From positions 83,252-147,251 of the forward strand of contig NW_005434662.1 of NCBI RefSeq assembly GCF_000315625.1: a stretch of 64,000 bases of DNA, given 5' to 3'. The position numbers and the translations under genes are program-made. The notes under the pieces are model-generated. The model saw only the letters and a program-made list of their open reading frames with translations, did no database searches and was not told where the DNA came from. Below, piece by piece: positions 11,178-26,500 of this stretch. This stretch comes from Guillardia theta CCMP2712 (Eukaryota > Protista > Cryptophyta). Each line of letters starts with the position of its first letter. Position 1 is the first letter of the stretch.

Positions 11178-12615
11178 CTAGTCATCCACAGTTAAACCCT
11201 GTCAGCTCTCCTGACTCTCCAACACAGCACAACAGGTTCAATCGACAGCAATCAAAATGCAGACCGGAAGGTCGTGTAGGTAATCATCAGTCCATGAACT
11301 TGATTCGCCCTCCTACACTTTTCGTCAGCCCTTGTGAACATAACACTGCACGCCTCATCTTCACCTGCGCGTTGCTCGTTCCGCGTACACTTGCCGCGAT
11401 CGGGGGGTTCTAGCAAGGACGCGGACATGAGGGAGAGGACAACGGATGGACAAGTAGCAAGAAAGAGCCTCGGAAGCAAAATCACCTGCTGCTGTGGCTG
11501 CTGGCTGTGATGGTTGTGGTTGTGGTTTTGGTTTTGGTTAGGCTGGTTGTTCTTGGGAGGAAGAGTGACGATGATGGTGTGTTGAGGGGATACTTGGCTG
11601 GGAACTTCAAAGAAGAAGGAGGAGCCGTCGGGTGCGAGGGCCTACGACACACGGTAAGAGGAGAAGGCAGCCGCTGCGGCTCTGACCTGCAGCCGCTGCC
11701 CAGGTTTGGCATCTGGTGGGATCACAACTGACAGTTGACCACCCGCCATGCTCTCAGCGCTCTGCTGCTGCTCCGGCAGCATCACGAAGATGGTTCCGCC
11801 CGCTGTTGCTCCCGTAAGTTCGCTGATTTGATCGGGAGGAGGAGCATGCCTACTGCTGCGTTGGGCACGTAGCACTTGAACTTCATCCCGTTGGGGGCAA
11901 AGCCCTGGTGACTTGAGCATGAGTGGGGGAGAAGAGGAAGGAGAAGAGGGAGAGGAAGGCAGGCTGGAGAGAGATCTCGAGGGAGGGAGACTGGCAGGGC
12001 GAGGAAGGGGAGGGAACGGGAGGAGTTGGAAGGAGGGGAGAGTGTAAGGAGGGAGCGACGCGATAGATGGATCCGTGAGGAGCAGAGGTCACCTGGATCT
12101 CTTGGCCAGCTATGACACCTTCAGGGACCTTCACCTGCCCGAAGAAGCTGAGATGCAAGCGGGCGAGGAGCAAGACCGGGAGCAGGAGCGCAAGAAGGAG
12201 CAGGAGAATTACATTTCACCTGGATCAATCTCCTCTGCTGCTGGAGCGCTTGAGGGATCTCAACTTGGATCAGCCCGCCTGGTCCAACACCAGCAGGCAC
12301 CTGAGGCAAGATGAGAATGGAGAAGCGGGTACGTTCCTCCCTCACTTGAAACGCAAAGTTGAATCCCTCAGGACTGGTCGCCTGCCCACCCGCTCTCACC
12401 ATTTCCTCGACGATAGACTATACCTCACCTGCATCGTTTGGCCGGGCACTGCGCCCTCTGGTATGCTCACGATCACATGCTGCTTCCCGTCCTGCCAAAG
12501 TGTGTCAGCACAAGGCATCTGCAGAGATAGAGAGTCAGACTGCTGAAGCGGTGGATCCTGCGGTTGCTCCTTGACCCTCCTCCTGTAGGGCATTGGGTCT
12601 GATCCTTGATGGCAT
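11178..12615 (-). CDS. Uncharacterised protein built of tandem VxIPxGxxPGQ beta-repeats, multi-exon
   Basis: Exons encode VSIPEGAVPGQTMQ, VPAGVGPGGLIQVEIP, VKVPEGVIAGQEIQ, GATAGGTIFVMLP, VVIPPDAKPGQRLQ and EVPSQVSPQHTIIVTLP, then an N/Q/H-rich tail; GT-AG junctions. Confidence 0.7.
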
Positions 12616-12715
12616 CTCGCTATTGCCTTCACCCCAATCTGATACCATCAAGCATGCACAGAGCAAGATCAGCTTGTGGGAAGCGGAGCAGGAGTAGGAG
12701 GATCAGGGAGGAAAG

Positions 12716-12820
12716 GATGATCAGCAGGATCAGGATCAGGAGGAGGAGGAGGAGGAGGAGGAGGAGGAGGAGGAGGAGGAGGTGGTGGTGGTGGTGGTGG
12801 TGGATCAGGAGGAGGAGGAA
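12716..12820. repeat. Compound (CAGGAT)/(GGA)n/(GGT)n microsatellite
   Basis: Direct tandem repeats. Confidence 0.9.
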
Positions 12821-12919
12821 GAGGAGTTCTGTAGACGAGGAGGATCACCATGGCTGGAGGTGTGCGCTGCGAGGTCTGCCATTGAATTAAATCGGCTTGA
12901 TCCGAATCAATTCTATTGC

Positions 12920-13135
12920 TGCCCACCCGTTCAATTTAATATCAACCCCACAAATGTAGGGGTGTGAAGTGTGTCTGGTGAGAAGTGGGTAGGTAGATGT
13001 TTAGAATACCCCTATTGGAGGGGATATTATGAGTATGTCATGAGGGGTGCTATCATTGGAGGGTGGGTACAAAAATTTATATGATTCATGTTGATAGGGT
13101 GGGTATCGGTTGAAGAGGGTGGGGTAGGGACTGCG
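12920..13135 (+). other. ACCC-then-GGGT tract between divergent genes
   Basis: CCCACCC/AACCCC at 12920-12950, followed by repeated GGGT words. Confidence 0.55.
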
Positions 13136-13548
13136 AATGCAGAGGGCGGGCTAACCATGAACACGGGAGGAAGAGAGTAGAGGGAGGAGGTGGAGGAGAG
13201 GAGGAGGAAACGATGAAATGAGATGAGAAAAGGAGGAGAGGGAGAGATCGAAAGGTTAGATCACATGAGCGAACGGAGAATGTCCAGGAGGAAGGGAGAA
13301 TACAATAAGAAGAGGCAGGGCTGTTGAACAAGATTGTGGAAACATTGATGCGAAGAAGATTGATGCTCGATAAAGATAAACGGGATTACACCAACGAGAA
13401 GCTGAACGAGAATGGAAATTCATGAATGGATCTACGAGTCGTGTGGAAAAGGGAAGTTATAAGTCATCAATCGAAATGGATGAGAGTTCTTAGACTGGCA
13501 ATATTTATGTTGAATTAGACGAACATTAATCCTAGCGTTGTACCGTGC

Positions 13549-16500
13549 CATGGCATTTCCATACAGCCGTCACACGATGGAAGATATCAGGAAGGGCAGG
13601 TCTGCAAGGGAGCTAGGGACTTCATCGTGTTTGCTTTTCATGTTTACAAGAGAAGGAGACGGGGATGAAGATGAGTATGACCTGCGTCACAGTATAGGCA
13701 TCCATGACCAGCTCATCGTCCGACAGCGAAGACGAGGTATGTTTGGCTGCAAGAGCTCGTGCACTTGGAGTGAAAATGGTGGCAGGCCAAGGACACCAAG
13801 CAATCGCCAACTGGTAGTATTTCTATCCTCATACTTGGTCATATGCATCGTTGTAACGATCTTGTTTTGCTGCAATTCTTTCTGCTTCTTTGCACTACCT
13901 GGTCACTCAAGAAGAGGTATGCCCGCCAGGTCCAGCGCAGAGACGTCTGACCATGATCAACTTCAGGCGCCTCGTCCCACATCAGGAGGAAAAACGCTCA
14001 GCAAAGGTGAGAACAGTGAGCTTTGACTTCCTGCTCGTGAGCTCACCTTGTTCTTCCTCGACAGAGGGGCAGAGACCGGCCGTGGTGAGCGAGCGAGAGG
14101 TCAGAGAGACGCAGGGCTGATGCGATGGAGCAGGAGAACGACAGCTCGTCCGACAGCAATGATGACGATGAAGAGAGCAAGCCAACAAGTGAGATGATGG
14201 TGATTCTTGTATCTCTCTGACTGACAGCTGTGTTCTCCGTCCTCCCTCGAGCAGAGAGGAAAGTTGCTGAGTCGTCTGAATCGGAAGCGGAAGATTCTGG
14301 AAAAGCGGGCAAAGATAGCCATGCTGACGACTCGCGGGATGCGGCATCGAACGAGGACGAGCGGCAAGATGGTCGAACTGGATTGAGCAGCGAATCAGAA
14401 TCTGAAGACGATGGAGGAAAGAAGGATGAAGAGGCTGAGAGGCAAGGCATGACCACCAAGAGCTCGAAATCAGATCGACACAAGCTCAGCGATGATGAAA
14501 GCGACCATGAGGAAATGAAACGCTCGGAGAGGTGACCCCTCCAAATTTGATGCTGCCGATGCGTTCCCTCCCCTCCCTTGTTTCAAGCATCTCTATTATA
14601 CTGAGAACGGATTCTCTCAGGGCCAATGACGATGACGCTGGAAAGGCGTCTGAGGCCTCCAAGGGACATTACGGTCGTTCGGGCCTCAGCGATTCTGATT
14701 CTGATGAGGAGGAGGTGAGCGCGAGACTTGATTGGAACTGGTGAGGCAGCTGCGACCTGACGGATGAAACAGGCGAAAGGGAAGGGAGACGTGGAGATGG
14801 GGGAACGGGGTGAGCGATTAAGGTGAGGAGGTTGTCAGGCTGACAGACCGGCAGCGAAAGTCAGCATGAAAGATGTGTTCGGTAACGGTGCGCAACCGAA
14901 TTATTGATCACCCTCTACCCTTCTTGACTTGGCAGCAGATGAGTCGGATGAGGAGGAGGAATCTTCGAACAAGGTCCTCCCCCCTCCTCCTCCCTCCTCC
15001 TCGTTATCCTCCTTCTCCTCCTCCTCCTCGTCCTTCTCTTCGTTATCCTCCTCGTCGTCGCCCTTCTCCGGCTCTTCCTCCTGCTCCTCGCCTCGTCGAG
15101 TCTCTCTGTCTCTTGTCTGATTCGCACCTGGGCAGATGAAGGGGCAGCGAGTGATGCTGAACAAGGAGACGGGAAAGCTGGAGCGCGGGCCAACGGTGAG
15201 GACGGAGGAGGAGGAGGACGAGGGGAGAGCAGAATGTTGCTCATAGTGACTCAGGTTGATGCTCCCGAGCATGCCATGAGGAACATGGGAGACTCGATGA
15301 GAGAGGTCTAGTCTGTCCTCTCCCTCGCCTGTGCTCTTACCGCAAACCCTTGCTTCAGTCGTCTAGCGCTCTTCCTTCCCTGCGAGACCTTCACGCGACG
15401 ATGCCTGGTAGTACTTTGGCCGTTGGGTGACTGACTGAAGGAGCTCGCAGAACTTCCTCGCCCTGATGACGGGGCTGTCTTGTACTACATGAGGGTCTCC
15501 AAGCATCTCCAGTTTGAGGTCTCTCGCCCGCCCCTCCCCCCCCCCCTGAAGCTGCTGCAGCCATACGCGTTCGGCTCCGTCGAGTCAGAGGAAGTGAGGA
15601 TCAGGGAGAGGAAGGACAACGTCAGGTTAGATGAGAGCCTATCTCCTTGCGCTTTCCTGTCTGTTCCAACTTTGTCATCCGCATCCTCTTGCTTTCCCTC
15701 CTCCGCTTCTCCTGCCTCTTCTGATTTTCTTTGTGCAGCGAAAACATGGTGAGGTGGCGGAGTGTCGCATCCGATGGCGACGAGAAACGGGAGGCAGCGA
15801 AGGTGACACTTGTCGCTCCCAACTGTTGCTCACGGCTTGCAGGAGTCAAACGCGCGATTCGTACAATGGTCGGATGGTTCCCTGACGCTTCATGGTAGGC
15901 ACGAAGAATAAGATGCCATAGAGACGAGAATGATGAGATGGTGATGGTGATGGTGACGATGATGATGTGAGATAATTATGATGATGATAGAGATGATTCA
16001 GATGATAGAGCATGGAATGCCGTAAAAGTCGATGATGAGAATGCGAACGACAGTGGTTAGAATATTTTCGCTGACATTTCCGATCAGTCGGAGAGACTGT
16101 CTTGCAAGTGAAGAAGGAGCCGTTGAAACAAGTTGGTCTAGTTCGGAACATTTTTGCGCACCTGACAACAACCGGTAGAATATGCATCACCTCTTTGTCA
16201 AGCACGAAGCTGCTCGAGAAACAGAAACAGACGAGCGACTTGCCATCGGTGAGGAGCGCAGGATCGAGGAGGAGGAGGAGGAGGAGGAGGAGACAAAGGT
16301 TGTGATGCTTTGCTTGCAGTCGAGGCTCACGGAGTGATGCAAAATCGACTTGTCTGCGTTCCGTTTACCAAATCAGCGGCAACGAAACAGGTGAAAGAGG
16401 AGGAAGGAGGAATCGAGAAACGAGGGCGTGGAGGATGAAGGAGAGAGGGAGAGGAAGAACGACGGAAGCTGATCAGCTGGTGTTGTGTACAGATCTTTCG

Positions 16501-17423
16501 CAGTCTTTCCAAGATGGCGAACGTGAAGGTTGGGAGGCGTCAAGGGAGAGAAGACGTAGTTGACTACGAGGTTTTAGGTCGACAAGTCGGACCTCTTGAT
16601 CAAGAAGCAGGTGAGAGCAGGTTGCTTGGCCCTCGTGCAGTCCTGAGACTTATGGCAGATCGACGAGAACGAGCAGAAAGCTCTGCTCGGGCAGAAGGAG
16701 ACGATGCGTATCCGCCAGCAGGTGAGCTCGAGCTCTTTTCTGCTACCTCCTTGTGACCTGTGACTGCAGTCGAGGAGAGAAGGCCTGAACCGACGGTCCC
16801 CCCTCCCCCCCCCCTCCCTCCTCCTTACTGTTATCCCCAGACGCGGAGCGAACGCGGAGATGACTGAAGAGTTCCTGGAGTCCGAGGACGTGGGAGGTGA
16901 CGCCCTGCCTCTGTGCTAGGAGGAGCAGAGCTCTCATCGCTTCGCAGGAATGGTCCGCGCGTTCCGAAGCAACAAGAGGAAGGCAACGAACCCGGAGGTG
17001 CGCGAAGAGGACGAGGAGGAGCAGGAGGAGAGGAAGACAGATAGCTGAATTGTTGTTTTTCAGGCGCTACAGCGTGCGAAAGCTAGCTCGAGCAAGCGAG
17101 CTCGCTCGGATTCTGAATCAGAGGTAACGGCAGCTGCGGCTGCAGCCGCCAGGTAGTGACGAGGATGATTAGGAGAGCATGAGCAGTAGCAGCTCGAGCT
17201 CCAGCGACGGCGCTCGAGGACGCGCCGCCCCCTCCTCTTCCTCCTCCTCCAGCGGTGAGTCTTGCTGTTGCGAGCTGCGACTGTGAACGAAGCGCCATGC
17301 AGACGAGGAGCCGGTAGCAGTGAAGAAGACAAGCGCGTCGGTGAGTGGGAGGAGGAAGATGCGTCAGCCTTGACACGAAGCTCGCAGAAGAAGAGCCTCG
17401 AGGACAGTGAGGATAGCTCTTGA
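13549..17423 (+). CDS. LEO1: RNA polymerase II-associated protein LEO1 (Paf1 complex), multi-exon; ends approximate
   Basis: Long S/D/E-rich N-terminus, then LYYMRVSKHLQFE (~15480), ENMVRWR (~15740) and ESNARFVQWSDGSLTLH (15843-15893), which matches the Leo1 signature SNARxVxWSDGSxSL; acidic tail. Confidence 0.85.
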
Positions 17424-17802
17424 ACTGCTCCTTCCTCATCAAAGTCGGCGTGTCCTCAACGCCGATCGGTTCCTCCTCCAATCCAGCCTCCCCCCCGCCT
17501 CCTCCCGCCTCCCGCCTCTCCTTCAGCCTTGCTGCTGCTTTCGCGTGGACGCTACAGTCATGCGGCCATTCTACTATAACGCATGGGGGAAGGGAAGGAG
17601 GGCGTCAAGGAGGGTTGAGCGAGGAGCAGCAAGTTGATCCACTCGAGGTTATACGAGGATGAGAGTGGGCAAGAGGGGGGGGGTGCAGAAGAGGTGGAAA
17701 ATGCTCTTGTACTACACAGAGAACCATGTGAGGGGTAGGAAGGAAGAGAAGAGAAGAGAAGAGAGCATCAGGACAGGGCAGGGGAGAGGAGGAGGGTGGA
17801 CG

Positions 17803-20424
17803 TCACAATTCATCCAGGGGCCTCGAGCTAGTCGGGCTCGACGTTGCTATCCAGTACCTGAGAGGGGAAGAGGAGAGGAGGATCAGTGAAGAGAAGTGAT
17901 AAGGCGAGGAAGGGCTACCGGTCTTTAGAGGAGATCTCAGGTGGGAGCGTCAAGATTTTTGAAGTTACCTTCATCCTCATCCTCCTCTTTTCCGCCTGAT
18001 TGTCCGTCACCACCACCAGCCCTTCTCTTCTCTCCCCTCGCTCCTCCCCCCAACCTCCAAAGTACCTCCTCGCTCCTTTTCTCCTCTTTCCCCCTCTTAC
18101 CTCATCCTCATCTCCCCCTTTCTCAAAACATTCCAAGTACCTCCACCTCCTCTCTTCCCCTTTCCTCCTCCTCCCATGATCCTCCCAACGAGTTCACCTC
18201 GAAGTCTCTCCTCGCCTCTTCCACGAACTCGTCGTTGTCGATCCCTCCCCACGTCACATGAAAACTGCAGGTGGAGAATGAGAGGAGCATGAGGTGGAAG
18301 TCTCACCCGAGCATGACGGAGGAAAAGAGCGGGAGGAGGGTGCGGAGAGGATCTCTCGATTCCCTTGGAGCCTCGGCAAGCGACCACATACCGATGAAGC
18401 AGGAGCGAACCGCCTGACACGCACACGCTCACCTCACCCCCAACCCTCGCCGCTCCTCCTTCACCTGCTCCTCCAGCTCTCTTAGCGCGTCCGCGAGATC
18501 GCGAGGGTTCACTGCGATGTAGACCCCCTGCACCCCTAGAGGAGGAGAAGAAACGAGGTTAGGGGCGGGGAAAGAAAGTTGAGGAGGCCAGCGGGGAACG
18601 GAGGGAAGGAGAGAGGACGGGAGCGACAATAGGAGGAGGGAGATGGGGAGACAGGCGGGAAGACAGGAGGGAGAACGGGAGCAGAAGAAGGAGAGGGAGT
18701 GCGAAAGGGCCTGGCAGCATGGAGAGCTGGGAAGCGGAATGCTCGGATTTCACCCTGGGAGAACTTGGAGAGCTGCTCAGGGAGCATGCGAACTTCATCT
18801 GGAGAGGAGCAGTGACTTCAAGCAGAGCAGTCGCGCCGCCTCCCTCACGTCCATGAGCTTGCAAGTAGAAGGTCTGCACGCGAGCGAAGACCGGGAGGTC
18901 GAAGATTAGGTACCTGCCCTTGAAACCCGCTGATAGGAGGAGGAGGCAGAGGCCTGGAGGAACTTCAGCAACGGTCGGAGGAAAGACTCCTCGGGCACAT
19001 CCGTATCCTGCTCCGAACTCCACGATGAGATCTGAATCCTGCCGGCCAAAACGGTAAGAGGACGAGTTATGAGCTCGGAGGAAGAGGAGGGAGACGAGGA
19101 GGAGAAGGAGAAGGACAGGAGGAGGAGAATCGAGTAGTCGGCGTCTCACCTGCCAGAGGTATTTTTCAGCGATCATGTGGAAGAGATAAAGATGAAACGT
19201 CTGATGAACCTGCTCAGCTCACACGGTCAGGTGAAACTACGAGGATAGAGAGAAAGACCAAGTTCGACGAGGTTATGACGCCGCTGGAAGTGCAGAGTGA
19301 GACGGGAAGGAGGGGGTGAGAGATAGATCGACGGAGGGACAAAGAGACATCAGTCAGTCAGTCCTGCCTACCCCAACCATGTCGTTCTTCACCTCTCGTC
19401 CAGCTGGCAGGTCGGGGGGCTACCAACAGGACTCTCAGTGAGGAGCCACTGCCAGACCTGAGCCTGCCGTGAGGGACGGGAGGAGAGGAGAAGGAGAGAG
19501 ACGGACGTCATTCCATGCCGACGAGGACGCAAGGTATGCTACTTCCATCCCAAAGGTGTACGGCCACGAGGAAAACATACCCTAACAGTAGATGAGAAGA
19601 GGAGAGGAGAGGAGAGGAGAGGAGAGGAGAGGAGAGGAGAGGAGAGGGGAGGGGGATTCGGAAAGTGTGTCGACCTGATGGATCCAAGGAGAGACAAGAG
19701 GATCGAGGAAGTTCCTCAAGAGTCTTCAGTCAGTCGCATCGAGATGCAATGCCACCATGAAACACCAGGAGCTGTGCGAGCTGAGGGACATGGCGGCACT
19801 GCCATAGCGAAGCATCAGCGCAAAAGCGCAAGAGGAGCGTTGTTGGATACCTCTGCGAGAAAGAATACCAGAGGTCTGTCGACAACCTCTTCTCCTCCGA
19901 GCCGTCGCTCAAGAAAGCGTAACTGTGACCAGCCTCATCACGAGCCCGCCCCTCTCGTCATACTCGCACGCTTCTCCCGTACGATGGATCTTGAGCACGC
20001 CATCATGAAGCATCTTGGCAAGCACATGGTTGTTGTCTGAAGAGAGCTCTGGTTGAGTCAGCAAACAGGCGACTAGAAACAAACCTGAGAGATCCTGAGC
20101 TTGGAAGAAAAGGTCATCGTCGACCTTAATCCTCAATTGCCTCGCCTCCATAACCTGCAAGATATCAAGGCAAGGGACACACTCTGACAAAGCGTGCAAG
20201 CATAACAGGCGCAAAATCAACCTCTTCGCTGTTGTATTCTCGGTTGCATCTGATGAAGTTGTCTTGGAATTTCTACACAAACAGCTTCAGCGGTTCTTCA
20301 CTGGCAACTTGAGCTCACTCGTAGGAGCTGCTCGTCCACGCTTCCCAGATGATCGAAGAGGCTCTGTTCAGAGAGACGCTGCCTACTGCTGCGAGCTGCC
20401 TCCTCCTCTCCCCAGGAGGAGCAG

Positions 20425-20457
<33 letters not shown>

Positions 20458-20471
20458 TTACCACTCAACAT
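17803..20471 (-). CDS. Secretory-pathway SAM-dependent methyltransferase (putative sugar O-methyltransferase-like), multi-exon
   Basis: Signal peptide MLSGKLLLLLLLLLLFCSSWG; motif I LIVEFGAGYG; GFKGRYLIFDLPVFARVQTFYL; FIGMWSLAEAP; GIDNDEFV. The last exon splices in phase to RYWIATSSPTSSRPLDEL*. Confidence 0.75.
19597..19646. repeat. (GGAGA)n intronic microsatellite
   Basis: Direct tandem repeat. Confidence 0.9.
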
Positions 20472-20972
20472 GGCGGACCATGTTTCAATTTCTTTTTACC
20501 TTTTACAGTGGGCATGATCCGTTCCCAATGAAAATACAACACACGGCGACGCCGCGCCAACAAGTTAAATCAAGAAGCGGGGACGAGGGGCAAAGTTGAG
20601 TAATACAGAACCAAGGACAGCTGTCAGGCAGGAATGCAGACAAGAGATGGGGAGGGCAGGAAGAATGCAGGGGCGAGAAGAAATGAAGAGGATGAACATG
20701 CAGTGAAGCAGAGACTGAGATGAGTAAGAGCTGCGACAAACGATTCGAAGGCTTGAAAGAGGGATGAGGTTTGAGGGATGTTGATAGCATCTCCGAATTC
20801 TGAATTGGTAAAATCGGATTTCTATTGCCCGTTGGGCATGCATTGCATTTCAGAGACAATAATGAATGATCGATATTGCTAATTTGGAAGATAATTAAGA
20901 GTGATGTGTATTTTACGGTAACCTAGAAGCAATCTTGACTGTTCTTTGTTCTCTTCAGGCTGGTTGGTTGCT

Positions 20973-23267
<2,295 letters not shown>

Positions 23268-23567
23268 ATGGATGTCGTTGTTTAGACGAGGTCTCTCACG
23301 TATAAGAAAACATTGTCAAATCAGATGTGATTGACTTCCCTTCGACAATGTCACTTCAGTTCTACTCCCCTTCTCTTGACATGTCGCACTTCTAGCACCC
23401 GTACATGATTGTTTCATGCTCATTCCCTGACATGGCTCGAAAGTGCAAGCAGGCATTTGTTCCTGTCAGCGGAAAACAGACAGGCAACGCCTTGCAGGGC
23501 TCTTTACGGAAGTTTTGAGCCCTGTCGGGCAATTAGGCCCGGAGCCAAACTCCATTAGCTCTCAGAA

Positions 23568-26500
23568 ATGGCAGGAGCAGGAGGGAGGCGCAAGGGCTCG
23601 ACGAGCTCGCTACCACAGCTTCAGGAAGAAGGCTTGTCGCCCGATCCGTCCATGTACACCACCTTCACTTCCGATGTCTCCCGGCACTCCAAAACTCTCA
23701 GCGTGTCCAACTTGTCTGCTATCAGCAGCCCTTCCAGCGCTCGTTCCATCAACGTCTTCCGATACTTCATGTCTCCTCGCCCAGACTCTCCCAAGGTCTT
23801 GAGCATGCGCCATGACGAGGAACTGACGCCCCTGCAGGCCATGGGCAGCGCGTTCATAGGCGACGATTTCGAGGCCTCTAAGAGGCAGCAGAGGTTGAAG
23901 CTGCTGCTGCTCATCCAGTGCTGACGCTACGGCAGCACCAGCGAGGTCGGGGGGGACTGGGTTCAGCCGACCCCCAGCAACCCACGAGACTTGTTCGACA
24001 TCAGCAAGACGCAGACGCAGTCGATGCTGGGCAAGGAGAGGCGGTCTAAGGTCAGCCGGGGATCCAATGGGAGGAGAGGAAGAGGATGATTCTCATGCAG
24101 TTCCCCGTCTACAACAAGCAAAGGGCATCCACACCCTTCATGCCCAAAGGTGCGCCTGCTTCTCACTCTGTCTCGTCTCATCTTGCCTCTTGTGTCAGCT
24201 CGGAAGCCGTTGAACCTCATGGAAGGAACTCTCAGGCGAGGTGACGGGAGCACCATGCGAGCCAGCCAATCGTAAGCGACTCGCTCCCCTCCTGTGCCTT
24301 CAGCTCCTGACAGCTCGTCAGGGTCATCAAGCCTTCGCATCACAGGGAGCAGGCAGGTAAGCAACTCGACCGACTCGTTGCCCTGCCAACCTGGTGCTGC
24401 AGAGGCTCTCAGCTCAAGGAGGGAAGAGACTCATCGCTCGCTCCCCTACATCGTCGTGGATCCGATCGCCAACAAGAAGGCTGACCGGATCCTAAGGGCC
24501 ATCAGGCATCATGACTACATCGTCCAAAGCCCGCAGCACAGCAAGGTGCCCACACGTGGAGATGCGCGAGCTGAGACTAGAACATGCAGGCTTACGCTAT
24601 CAGCGAGCGAGGTTATGTCGAGAAGCATGACAGAGGGCTTGCAGAGTTTGAAAGCTTGTCTGACCTGGGCTTCAACATGACATTGTATTCCCTTGCTTGC
24701 AAGGTGAGATTCATGTTTGCGAGAGATGTCTCTGCTCCATGTGACAGGAGACATCTCAGTTGCCATTATTTCGTCACTTCAAAGAATACAAAGCCTTTCG
24801 CTGGTGGGATAGAGCTCTGAGGAAGAGAAAGTTTCGAGATCGAATGGTAGCCCGCAATGATGAGGAGCATGAAGCGCTGATGTGCGGCAGAGGCGAATAG
24901 AGAAGCTCTTCCTGCAGTCTCGTCGAGAGTATCTTGCATGCATGCAGCTAGTCAACGACGAGTGTGTCAAGGTCACTCTCGACCTGTCCGTCGCTCTCTC
25001 ACTCGCTTCTTGCAGCTCAGCTTCAGCCTTCTTGACGAGGGGCCGCTGGTGCCTCACGCAGGTGCTGCTGCTGCTGCTCTCTAGCGAGGCTGATGCGAGG
25101 CAGGTCTGTCGCTAGAGAGCCTGACAGAGGAAGTGGGTCAAAGGCGGGAGACGGTAGAGGAAGCGGTTGAGAACCTCCGACTGAAACTCTCAGGTGACGC
25201 TCTTGCCCTTGTCTGTCCTGACCTGCGGCCTCAGACTACCTCGAGAGCTTCTTCACCTCCATCTCCAGTCAGTTCGCCATCTCAAAGCTGCGAGAAGTGT
25301 ACAAGAGGAACAGGCGAGGCGACATCGAAGAGGCTATCAGCATCGCTTCCGAAGACATGCACTGCTTGGGCAGATTGTACGCGCTTGTCGAAAACATTCT
25401 CTGTGAAAACGTCATTCGAATGAACATCAATGAGATCCAACGAATTGTCAAGCTGTTTCACAACCAAGATGGAGTGCTGCAGATGGATGCTTTCATGAAA
25501 CTGGACCAGGAGATTGAAGTTGGTGACATCTCTGCTCTGCTTGTTGGGAAGCAACCAGCTGACTGTGTTGAGCTTGTAACCATTCCATCTCTTGACCATG
25601 TAACAGAGAACTTGACGAAAGCACTTGATAGTTTGCACTTGAGTCTTTCCTATTCCATGAGGCCTTGCATACTTGACGATATAGACAGATTCATTGCAGA
25701 GGAGATATTCAGCAATTATTCCATGTACAAACCTTCTTTCGGCTCGACTGTCGTCAATTCCGTCGATTTCCTTTCGAGTCGTCAGGAGCTTTCGGATATT
25801 CTTGAGTTGTCTATGAAGCAAGTGTTTGCAAGCTGTCAGCAGATAGTTGGAGAGTTCAAACCGATCTTCGCCTTCCTCCTTCATCTCGATGCGGCCACTG
25901 CAAAGTTCCAGGAGAAGGTGGAGACGTTCGAGGTAGAAGTGGAGCACATCGTGCGATGGATCACCACCATCACCCGGCTCATCTCCTCCGACGTCCCGTG
26001 CGGGTCCATAAGGCTCAAGTTTCGAAGGCTCAAGAGCTACTTGCAAGAGAAAGTGCAGAGAGACGTGATGGACAAGCGCTTCGACATCTTCTACAAGTTT
26101 GTTTGTGACTCCATCACCGAGTTGAAGCTGGTTGGAGGGAAGTTCACGCAGAGGCTGGACGTCAACGTGAAGAAGTTCGAAGACGTGGTGGACCTGTTGA
26201 GAGCAATGGAGGAAGTGGACGGAACGATGGAGGAGTACATCTCCCGGGTGTACTCCATCACGAGGATGCGGGAGACTGTGCTGACTCACTTCAACTTCAC
26301 CTCCAAGGCTCTTGAGGATCAGAGCGGGAGGATCAACGTGCCGGTGCTGCAGGTAGCAGTGGCAGAGAAGATTCGAGAGGAGAGGCTGCAGGCGCAGTCG
26401 CGGTTCATGAACCGAAGAGACGCGTACGTCGAGCTGGTGCAGCAGGAGGTGAAGAGATTCCACAAGGCCTGCTCCGCTCTCCTCCAGAGTCTCAAGGCAC

